Positions 41,101 through 53,100 of a DNA stretch of 64,000 nt are shown in pieces (within the stretch, counting starts at the first letter, position 1; every line of letters begins with the position of its first letter). The stretch is from positions 868,001-932,000 of the forward strand of contig NC_045713.1 of the NCBI RefSeq assembly GCF_009834535.1, given 5' to 3'. Position numbers and translations under genes: made by a program. Below the pieces are notes generated by a model, which did no database searches, was not told the DNA's origin, and was given only the letters and a program-made list of their open reading frames with translations. Origin of the DNA: Camelus ferus. Its lineage: Eukaryota.

Positions 41101-44100
41101 TCCTACGTATTGAAGTTTTTAATAATTTCACTGAAATACTTTTTATTTTCTCATGGTAAGTTTTATTGTTTTAGATAGGAATAGTTATAGTTTCGTGTCA
41201 TCAAATGTGTTCTTTGTATTTCTTCCAGTGAGATCACTTATGATTGAAACTGTTTTCCTGAACATCCTGGTATTTTACAATTTCCTTCTGTGACAGGCAC
41301 GTGAAATGATTTCTCTGCTTAAGGAGCTGTGGCCGGAAGGGTCTGACATTCGACGAGTTCTTTGTGTCACTTCATGCTCGTTGTTCTTGAGTTTGTACCA
41401 CAGCGTCTTAGAGAATAGGTCGCAGACTCCCGCTGCTCAGAAAACTAACACCCAACAGGTGCGATCATTATTTTACTGTGAAATACAACACCATGGTTCT
41501 CCATGTTTGAAATTTTATTGATTTTCATTTCCCCAATTCGTTTGATTGACTTTATTTCTCTAATTTATACGAACTTCCAAACAAGGGGTGGGGGAGGCGA
41601 TAGAATTTGTTTCTAAGACTCATCGATGGTGCCGTTACACGATTTGGTGTTTTACTCTGCACGTTTCCCTTAGTCCACGTCTAGTCAAATCTGTCCAGTC
41701 CTCCCCGGAAGAAAGGAGCTGGCACTGGTGAGAGCTGGCCACCGTCCGAGGTTCGGGTCTCCTCACACCCCTTCTGCCCTTAAATCCTCACAGTAGCATT
41801 TTTAGGGGGCGCTGTCATTCTTATTTCCCGGATGGGCACGCTGAGGTTCAGCGGGTCCGGGGAGCAGTCCTCAATCCCAACTGTTAAATGCGGTGTGGCG
41901 TGAACCCAGGGCTGTCTCGTCCCGGTTCCGCTGGTCCTGGAAGCGGCAATCCTGCCTCCCGTCCTCGCCGGGGAGACACGGAAGGGCCGAGCCTTCCCCG
42001 GCTGAGAGGCCGCCGCGGCTTCGCTGTCCCGCTGAGCAGCCGTCCCTGCGCTGCGCACACGCGCTCACACACGGGTCCCCCTGCTGCCGTGGAAGATTCT
42101 CACTAAGGAAAAACGAAGTTTTGTCTCTTTCTTCCGCAGTTTCAGAAATGAGCGGGGCTCACCGTGCTTCTCTTGCGTCCTTTGTGTGAGTCGTGTCCTG
42201 GTGGCGCGTCCCCACGGGGCTAGGCGGGTCATCTTAGGTACCACCCAAGTGACCTACACCCAGTGTCTCTGGAGCGGCTCATCCTTAGGCCCGTCTCGCT
42301 CCGGGGAGGCGCTGCACCCTCTGCGTCTGGGGCCCCGAAACCCGCGGGCACGGGAGGTGGCCAGGTTACATGCGCCCCCGCCTTTCCTGCTCCCGCCGGG
42401 GACGCCTTCCCAGCCGCGCCGCGTTCAGCGCCAGCTGTACACACGAGGCCGGGGGAGAGGACAGCCTCGGGGAGGGCTCCTGAGCCCGGGCCGCTCGGCA
42501 GCCGCGCGTCACCAAGACAGCCCGCCCCTGGGACGTGGGGAGACCGGCCTGCTCAGAACCGGGGCGTCAGTGCGTGACGGCAGCCCGCACGCGGGGAGCA
42601 GCTCGAGGGCTGCCCAGGCGTCGCGCAGCGTCACGCAGGGTCACGCAGCGTCCTGCCGCGTCCTTCAGCCTCACGCAGGGTCACGCAGGGTCACGCAGCC
42701 TCTCACAGCCTCACGCAGCCCCACGCAGCGTCGCGCGGCATTGCGCGGCCGCCGGTCCCTGACGCGCTCTGTGGCTCGTGCAGGGGGAGCGCCGCGGCCC
42801 GGCCCTGAGGGAGGCGGAGGACCTGTGCAGGCTGCGCTGTCTCGCTGCGGTTTTCCTGCTCCGCGCGCCTCTTCCCCAGAGAGCCCGCACCAGAGTCGTG
42901 GCTTCCTGCTGGACCGAGGAAATTCAGACCGCCGTACAGATGGTGAGTGGACGCTCGGCCAGGGGGCCTTGTCTCTGGTGTGTGGGAGCCACGTCAGCGC
43001 GGGCGCCTGAAAGGGTCAGTGGCCTGGTCAGTCCCTTCCGAACTCCAGCAGCTGTGTTTGCGGTAGGACCGGCCGCGCGCCGTCTCCAGCCTGAGGGGAC
43101 CATCTCTCCACTCCGCTTGCGTCAGGGCCGGGGTCGGGTCAGGCCCAGGGTCAGGGTTGGAGCCGGGGCCGGGGCCGGGGCCGGGGTCAGGGCCGGGGCT
43201 GGGGCGAGGGCCAGGGTCAGGGTCAGGGTCAGGGTTGGGGCGGGGGCCGGGTCAGGACTGGGGGCCAGGGCCAGGGCTCCTGGCCCTGTCCTCTGCTCTG
43301 CGCAGCCCGCCTGTCTGCGGGGGCGTCTGCTTCTTGCTTCTTCTTCAGCCTGAGCCCCACCCGTGGCCTTTCCCTCATCTCCTGTCCCTGGAGTGTGCGT
43401 CTCTGAATAAATCTTCACTCAAAAAAAAAAAAAAAAAAAAAAAAGAAAGAAAGAAAGAAAAAGAAAAATCAGGGTTTTGTGATGTCAACTGGGAGAGAAC
43501 AGTGACCGTTGTGTTCTGCTCTTGAGAGCCGTTGAGGAAAGCAGTCTGATTGTTTATTATTTTCGTCCAGTATTGAGGATATTTAGAGAAAATATGTTGA
43601 CTTGAAAAAAATAGCGAAAGAAAACCTTACCCAGGAGCCCACGCAAATCAGTGCTGGTCACCATTGATGTTTCAGTTTATTCTTTTTGGTGTAAATGCGT
43701 AGGTTTTTCTCTGTTATGTGTAATTGTTTCTAACATTGGGACTATACATAGTTATAGGTAAAGATATATATAATGTATAGTCTATACTTTTTTTCTTTCC
43801 ACGTGTTTTCCCAGTTTCTCCCTCACTCCACTCATTCTGTGGTGGCTATTGGCTGTTTTCGATGGACACAGCGCGGTCTGGGAAGTGAAGAGGGCGTTTG
43901 CTGTGTTATAGGTGCTGCTGCTCCCGGGTTCTTCGTGTGTGAGTCTTTCCCTTTGATCTGGGGACTCCATGCCCAGAAATGGGATTAGCAGACCTTTTTT
44001 ACGGATCTTGACACTTAGAATCCAAGTGCTCAGGGAGAGTACTTTAGAACCAGTCAGTTAGGAAGCCAGTCTACAGGTGTCGACCCACCGCACACGCGCT

Positions 44101-47100
44101 GCATGAGTCCTAGGGAGGAAACTGAGAACCTAGTTTCCCCACCCCCAGCACTGTCATAGAGCCCTGTTTTGCGGGGGAGACAGATACTGAATTTTTAAAA
44201 TTTACATTAAGGAGGAACTGCAGGATGCTTTAGTACCTGATAATGAGAAGACTCCACTCAGTCTGAGAAGGATGGCTTCTCCTAAGAAACAAAGAAGTCA
44301 GGTAACCCGAGTCTGTTGGTTTGGGCTGGTTTCACTGGTGGTGCCTCAGCGATGTCTGCTGTGGCAGCTCATGGCGTGTGCGGGCAGCACTTCCAGTCCA
44401 GGTGTGGAGGGGTGGGCCTGGGTCTGCAGTCATGAGCACTTCCAGGGGACACAGGATCATGTACTTCAAAGCCCACTGGGGAACCCTTTCCTTGGCATTT
44501 TCCATCAGGAAGAGGCAGACTGTGGTTCACTAAAGGGATAGAGATCCTGTCTTTAGCACCTATTTAATTCACTTCAGGCATCTTAGTGTAAGTCGTGCCA
44601 GGGCAGTACGCTGAGCCTAGGGATACTGTACGTCAGACACTGAAATAATATGATACAGCGTCAACAATGTTGTGCTATAAGTTTTGCTGTAAATTTACTT
44701 TCGAGAAATACTTAATTTTTTGCCAACTTTGTGTCGGTTGAATTACATGTACTCAACTACTGAATGGTATGTATATATTAATTGTGGTATTGATTTACAG
44801 ATGTAAAGGAGTGCTCTGTATGTGTAATTTTCACTTACCTGAGTTTCATAAACAGTTTTTTAATGCACAGTGGGTATTAAATGAAAAGAATAGTACAGAG
44901 TCTTTCTAAATGATGGGATGTTCTTGGGGGACCCTGCAGGACATGCTCAGTGGTCTTGGCTGGTAGAAAACATCGTTCTTTAACTAGAGTGGTGTGGATG
45001 GCCAGATATGTGGGAAGAGCACTGTTTATTCCGTGCCCGTGTTGTGTGTCCTTGACCTCTGTTACCTCATTCAGACAACACTCCTCATATGTCCTCGTTT
45101 TATGAATGAAAACCTGGGCTCAGGAAGGCTAAGTGGCCCCTTAGTGGGCAGCTAACAAATGACCAGGTTGAGGTCCTGTTTCATCTTAAGCCTGTGCCCT
45201 CCCACGCCCTCTGCTCTCCCCGCATGTTGGGAGCAGCTGATGACCCCTCACCCCTCTTCTGGTCTCCCCCTTCTCTGAGCTTCACTTGGGTAGCACCGGC
45301 ACCAGGAAGCATAACTTCAGGGAGCCTCGGACATTTTGGCAGTAAAAGGCATATTCTGAGGTCTCTGGAGAAACTGAGGAGCTCAGCAAACTGCAGGAAG
45401 GGTTTCATGTTTGCTCCAATCTTGGTACTTGAAGGCCACTTGTGGTGCCTGTCAAATGGAGTGAGTAACGTCGGGGACTTCTGGTGTTCTGTTCTCACAC
45501 ATTATTGCTGACTCAGTGGTGTGATGGGGAAGGATCTGTGGCCTGGGGGTGGGGACAGACCTCACGTGCGTGGTTCCCAAAGTAGGGTCCCCTGACCAAC
45601 AGTATCAGCATCACCTGGGACCTTGTTAGAAGTGCAGATTCCTGGGTCCACCCAGACCCATGGGATCAATCTCTGTGGATGGTGCCCAGCAATCTGTCAT
45701 ATTTAATAACCTTTCCAGGTGAGGCTTATGCTGCATTTTGAGAATCACTGCTCCGTGGCTCTTAGGAAATCTCCTCAGTTTTTATTTGTAGATAAAACTA
45801 CAGTTGAGGTGGGAGGTCCCTGCCTTTTTGGTATGTATGATTTAATCAGGAACCACAGGTAGCCGTCCTGAGTTACCTGGTTGGAGTGGAGCTGCCCAGC
45901 GCAGTAGCCAGCAGCCATAAGTGGACAGTGGGCACTTGAGATGTGGATAAGTCTAAAAGAGACACCATATTTCAAAAACTTAGTGTGAAAAACACGTAAG
46001 CTGTTCTGTTAATATTTTTATATTGATTACACATTGAAATGATAATATTTTGGATATGTTGGGTTGAATGAAATAAGTTAAAATGAATTTCAGCTTGTTT
46101 CTTTTATAATGTGACATCCAGAAGATTTGAAATAACATTTACAACTTGCCTGTTTGCCTGTGTTACACTTCTGTTGGGTTACTCTGGATGCAGTGCCACA
46201 TCGATCGAGATGACAGGAGAGCCTGAGTGTTTTATCAGTAAGGGAGTTTAGTGCAGAGAGCTGGCCTTTTTTTCCCTCTGAACCTAACTCCTCAGACTCT
46301 AACACTGACGAAAGGATGACTCCACTCACTCAGAGAAGTTACTGAACTCTTGTCTGCCTTGCTCTGTGCTAAGCATGCTCGGGGAGACATCCTGCCTGTG
46401 ACTGGTGGGGGGACAGATGCACTTCTGTTAACTCTGTGGCTGCACAATGATGTAGGCTAATGGGAATCTTTGAGTTTGAAGGTTTCAGCATCTTCTAGAT
46501 CCTTGAATGATCAAATGCTCCTTATTTTTTTTAATGCTCTTTTGACCTGGAAATAAAATGGAAAACATTAAATCCTAAGTAAATATTGTACATTTGAAAG
46601 CAGTGTTTCTGTAGTCTTGGATTTGTGGGTTACAGTAGGAGAAAAAAATGTATTAGGCATGAAATACAGATTTCTATGATTCAGAATACAGAACTATGAT
46701 GAATTCATTTTTTGGTTAGTTTGATTTTATTTTAGCTTTAACCTTGCAAGGTGTAAAGCGCTCATCATTAACCAGCCCAGAAGGGCTCACATCAGTAAGA
46801 AAAGGAGGAGCCTGGCTACCTTACCCTACGTGTTCAAGACCATGTTAGAGTTTACTGCTAATGTAAAAATTGTCAATAACTTGGTTTTATTTCCAATTTT
46901 CAGAAAAACTGGTGTGACTATTTCATCCTAAGTAATATAAATGTTTTTGAATTTTGGAATCTGAATTTAACTCACCTTTCCGACTTAAGTGATGAGCTTT
47001 TGTTGAAAAACATAGCATTTTACTATGAAGAAGAAAATGTTCAAGGTACCACCTTAGTATATTATAATAAGTATACTTTTATCCAGAGGTAGACCAAAGG

Positions 47101-50100
47101 ATTTAAAACTTCAAAATCATTTTTCTATACTTCCAACATATAACATAGCAGTCATCGTCTTTCCACTGTTTGTTTATACATGTATATAAGTTTTGCTTAG
47201 TTGCAATCAGAGTGAATGTATTTTAAAACATTTTTAACTTAATATTACTCCACAAGTGTTGTTACAAACAATATGTGTTTGGGAAATTGGCATTTCTAGG
47301 TAACAGTTGAATTTTCCGTTTAAATACATGCATAACATTTTTTCATAACATTAATGGAATCCTTCTACTACATTAGATATTTAGGGAATTTAAAATTTTT
47401 TCCAAAGATAAAGCTGATATATATATATACATGTATTATATGTTATATGTAGTTAATTTTCTTTTCTTTGCCTCATTTTATGAGAATAAATGTTCTGTTT
47501 ATTAATAGTGAAAGAAAAATAAGACACATTTTAAGAGAAGTATAACTGAGCATTACCGTGAATCAACAGTACTGTGAAGCAACATTACTAATTGAGCAAA
47601 ACCACTAAGTTTTGGTTCCTACATATTGCTAACACTGGAATGAGTTAGCTACAGATACATTTAGCAATTCTTTACAAACATTCTAACTTTTGAAAACTCA
47701 TAGTTTTTATTCTGTTTTATTGATTGTAAAGCTATGTGTGACATAACATTTCTTACTACCTTGAAGAATAGTTAGGTGTTCACCATCTGTTATTGTTAGT
47801 TAAGATAGTTATAATTTTAATACTTAGTTATCAAATAGGGGAACAAGATAAATTTTAAGGTGTGCAGTCTCACAGGCAACACTAGGGATCATTTTCCTTT
47901 AGGTTCAGTTTGGAACTCACTGAAAATGTCACTGTTTGACAAGTATTTTAGAGTTCTATGACTTTAGTCAAAGTAAGTGCATCTGTGTATGTGTGAATGA
48001 CTTTTAGTACTTACCACTTTTAACTCTTATATAGGTCTACATTTGAATTTGGGAAATGTCATTACGAAGGATTATGAACACCTCTGGGATACTGTATCAA
48101 AGTTGGTCCGAAAGTTTGATGTTGGAAAGCCATTTCCTCTGAGAACAACACAACTTCCTTTTCTTAAAAAGGCTCCATCACCGATCAAAGGTAAGAGATT
48201 GCTGAATTAATTTGAAAGAAAAGCCTCATCCCTCTGAAAATGTTTTGAAACATTTGAACGTTGTTAACTAAGTGTTGCAGGTACATGTATTTTCCTGGTG
48301 CTGTGCATTTTCACAATAAATTACCTATATTGTCATATCCTTGGGGCAATAATACTTTCACTGTAATTTTGAAGTTTTATGTTTTGCTTGTAACTAATAT
48401 TGCTGTCAATTTTAAAAAAAGCAAGATACATGTGATTTCCATTTCTGTCAGTATGAAAGTGTTAGTAAGTGAAATGCTGGCTAAAAGACACCAAACATCT
48501 TTGTATAAAATCGTAACTGAGCTCAAAACAATAGGAGGGAAATCTCAGGAGCCAACAAATGAAGGAAGAGATAGATCTGCAGATCACTCTGAGAATTTCT
48601 AATTATAGGTCTGCTCTCCCAGGAATCTGGGTTTTGGTTTACTCTGTTATCAGGGTCAGGACCACGCTAAGCCAGAAAATAACCTTAAAGTGATCAAAGG
48701 AATCTGGCACATTCTCCATAGAAGAGCAACACGATAAACCCTGGTTTTACAGGATTCTCTGTGAAATATGAGTGTAAACACAAATTTATAAAACAGCAGA
48801 AGAAATAAGTCCCAAGAGAAACAAGAAGTTACAGAAATGGAACTCTTAAGTCCTTCAGGTTTTGTAATTATCCAAAGTAGAATGTACTATATGTGTGTTT
48901 AAAAATGTTTAAAGAAATAAAATAGGAAATTTGAAATGTGAGAAAATAACAACACGATACAAAACACTTCATTCACTTTGTAAAGTAGCCAAAGTTGTAG
49001 AAATGAAAATACTGTCAGCGGATAGGCTCGAAGCTGACGGGATTTTGCCAAAGAGAGAATTTGTGAACTAGAAGTAGGTCACAAGAATTACACGTACAAA
49101 TAGAGATGACACAGTGTATGCCTTAAATTTACACAATGTTGTATGTCAGTTATATCCCAATAAAGCTGGAAAACATTTGAAAATAACCAAAACAAGCAAA
49201 AAAAATAGATATAAAAATTATAAAATACAAGTTATATCTTCCATGTCTTCATGGAATGAAGCACACTAATATTCGCATTACAGGGGTCCCAGAAAGAGAA
49301 GAGAGACAGAAAGGACCTGAGGAAATTTTTGAAGAAATAATAACCGAAAACTTACCCAACTTGGTAGAGGAAACAGTCACCCAAGTCCAAGAATTGCAGA
49401 GTTGCACACAGGATCAATCCAAAGGGGAACACACCAAGGCACGTAGTAATCAAATTGACAAAAGGAGAAAATATTAAAATTAAAATGACTAAAATTGAAA
49501 GACTGACCATAGCAAGTGTTGGCAAGCTGTGAAGCAGCACTACTGGTGGAGTGCAGAATAACACAATACTAGGCTTCTACCTAATAGAAATGAAAACATT
49601 TTGTCCGAAGACTTGTATATAACTGTTTATGGTGGCTTTCTTTGTGATAGACATTATCAACTAGAAAACATGTTTATATAACCATGCAATGGAATATAAC
49701 AACAATGAAAAGGGATGAATACAGACCTAATAACTACATGAGTGAATTTCTAAATAATAATGCTGAGTGGAAGCAGCCAGAGAATAGATTATTCCATTTA
49801 TATAAAGTTCTTGAAAATGCAAACTAATCTATAGTTACAGAAATCATATCAGTGATTTATTTCTGGACAGGGTCTAGATGTCAGGGAAGGAGGGAAGAGA
49901 GAGATTATAAAGACACACAAGAAACCCTTTGAAGATGTTTATATTTATTTTCTTGTTTGTGGTAAAGGTTTTGTGAATATATACATATGTCAAAACATCA
50001 AATTGTACACTTTAGATATGTGACCCTTGTCAGTTTAACCTCAAGCTGTAATTTCAAATAAAAAAGATATAACAAGAAAAAATAAGAGACATGGAAGATA

Positions 50101-53100
50101 GAATGAAGATGTGTAACTTTTCATTCATTTGGAGATTCAGAAGCAGAGAATGAGCCAAGGTGGGTCAGGCAGTATTTGAAGAGATGATGGCTGGGCAGTT
50201 GCCTGGATGATGAAACACAAGAATTTGCACGTCGAGGGCATACGATGGGTCCCAAGTGGGTCAGTTAACAACTGCACATGCACACTGAAAAATACCCATG
50301 CTAGACACAATGCAACAGAATCATAGAATGTGAAAAATAAGTATTTTAAAAAAATCAAGAGTTACTTACAAAGGAAAAAATTAGTCTGATAATAGACTTT
50401 CCCAGTAATGGTGATAGAAATCAGAACATAATGAAATTATATATAATTTTTAACATGTAATTTAAGAATGAAGGAGTAAAGTGGACATTTTCAAAAGTAC
50501 AAACATGGATTTATCCATCATCCTGTCACAGCTGAAGATATTTCTGCATCATGAATTTCAGGAAGAATAAAATGACCCCAGAAGGAATGTGAAGGAAAGC
50601 TAAGGGGAAGTCAGGATGTAGTTACAAGTATGGTTTTCAGAGGACAGGGGAGGAATATATATCCTCTGCCCTTAGTCAGGATAAGTCCCCTAGACAAAGA
50701 CTCTTGAGTTCGAGGAGATGGTTGGCCCCGGGAAGGTCAAATAAGGGAGTGTTAGGTAACACCAGGGAGAAAACATAGTCCATGCAGGGCGTTAACGAGT
50801 AGGTTTCCATGTAGGCAACTGCAGGTAAGTTATACTAGGAATTTTCAAACGGTGTGCAAATCACTTGGGAGATGTCTTACCCAAAGAGCAAGATAGCCAG
50901 GGTATTTACCCTGCAACTTCCATCCAGTCTTTGGGGCATGAAATCCTTAGGACGCTGGCTGTACCCACAGCTGTAAGAGGAAGGTGCCCAGGTAGAGTTG
51001 TAGGGCTCATAGGAAGGTATCAGGCAGACACTGGAACAGTGAGCATCAGGGGAGTAATAGGCAGCCTACCTGGAATTAGGAGCCAGATATTAGATAAAAA
51101 GGCATTCGTTAGCCAGCTGTCATATATACAGTGTGCATGTGACATGTATGAACACTGTTGTGTGTGTGTATCCATGTTTGTAATATCCAGAAGGATGTAA
51201 GGGAAGACACCAGTGATACCCAGTAACTTCACTGACATCGGTATCTTCCTCTACTGTTTTTTTATTTTATTTTCATAAAAGTATAATGTAAGAGATTTAT
51301 GAGTGAGACTTCCATGTTCAAATTCCTTGTCCCATAATAAGATATAAGAGAAGGAATAAATATTTGGAAATAGGAAACAGGCGTTTTTCTGTCTATCTAT
51401 CCATCCATCCACCTACCTACCTACCTACCTACCTAAGTGCTGCCTTTCTTATACACTGCGGTGTTCCAGAATGTTTTAATGTGGGAAGTAGCCTTATGGG
51501 ATGGGCTGGAATTGATCAGTGTAAATTTAGATCAATGAAAAATGTTTCTTTAATGTGAAGTTTTGGAAAATGATGTATAATATGTCTGCATGAAAGTTTC
51601 ACATTTGACCTTGTCTTAATTTTTTACTTGTTTACAGATACCTTCAAGGAAAAGATGCCTAATTTGGGTTTTATTCCAATGTCATGTCAGGTGGTGGATA
51701 AGTTTGTTGGAGACATTTTGAAAGATTTGCCCTTCCTGGTGAGGTATGGGGCTCAAAGTGCCTCAGTAAATACCTGGGTGGAATGAATGAATTACTCATT
51801 AAAGATTCTATGAAATGTGACGTTGTTTATAAATAGGGTATGCTAGATGTAATGTGTTTGTAACACATGAGTTTAATATCAAAGCCTTTTGGATCATAAC
51901 TAGGTTAAAATCAACATGATTTTAATCTTAGAGTAAAATCATTCTACCTGCGTGTTTTTAATTAATGAATTAATCTGTGAATATTTGTTGATGTTGACCT
52001 CACTGTTAGAGACACACAGTGGAGTCTGGGTTCTTAAGTCCCTAATAAACTGCTCTTTGGAGCCTACCATCCACATTCTATGACAGAAAGAGGAAAGGTG
52101 GCTGTGATTTAAAAAAAAAAATTTTTTTTAAATGAAATCTGTGCTGTGTTTGGAGGCATGTGGTTTAAAATAAGCATGTACTTCCTGTCATCTCATAGTG
52201 ACGACCCTGCTGTAACTTCGCTGGTCAGACAGAAGGAATTTGATGAACTCGTGCACTGGCATTCCCACAGACCCCTCAGTGATGACTACGACAGGACAAA
52301 GTGTCAGTTCAATGGTCAGTGCTGCGACTCTGGTGAAATAAATTAAGATCGGTTTCACTCTCTTCCTGTTATTTTATAATGAAAAGTTGTCGTGTTATGA
52401 GCCAAGAGTTATACTTCTTGAATAATAACAGTGTTCTAGGTGTTTAGAGGTGTGTCAGTGAGGCAGGTGATGGAAGAGCCCCCCTTGGTTGCTGACGGCC
52501 ACCTGTCCATGGCACGCGGCTCTCTCGGGAGGAAGTGCATGGATAATGGCATTTGTCCCCACAGAAGTTAGAAGCTTTTTTAAGCAAATACAGCTTGCAG
52601 TTTGACACCTGTGTGTTCCTTGACCTCAGAAATATTGAGGCCAAAGGCTTCTGAGCAGTTTCATCAGCTTTCACAGCACTCAGTTGTCTGCTCATCACAA
52701 GTATAGTGGTTCACCGCCATGGTGCTCAGGTTGGAGGGGCTGCCGCAGGAGGCCGGTGTCACTGCTGACAGTATGTCAGTGAGAGTGAGTTAGGGACCCT
52801 TCTCCCCGGCTCATCCCGTGTCTTCCTCTCACCCTGGTCTACCCCCTGCTCAGCCCCTCCTTCACATGGACAAAACTTAGCATCAGAAAAATCTAGATGT
52901 GTACATGATAAGCACGCTCACACACACCACTCACCAGCCCGCTGATGGACACAGCAACCAAGATCCAAAAAAATACGAGGGACTTTTTAGATTAATCCCT
53001 AACATCCTTCCAAGTGGTTTGATTTGATATTGGCAGATAAGGATAGAAAAATCAACCCACTGAATTATCCCCTTTAAGTGAGGACTGTAGTTTTCTTTGG

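Larger units (their letters stand above)
41780..43370. promoter_or_regulatory. Intragenic CpG island enclosing a DDX60 exon
   Basis: Abrupt shift from AT-rich intron to very GC- and CpG-rich sequence across about 1.6 kb. Confidence 0.75.

Noticed and set aside
42186-43010. 274-aa ORF and overlapping ORFs in the CpG island
   Set aside because: Stop-poor GC-rich sequence yields long ORFs in several frames; only 42784-42942 has homology and proper splice sites.
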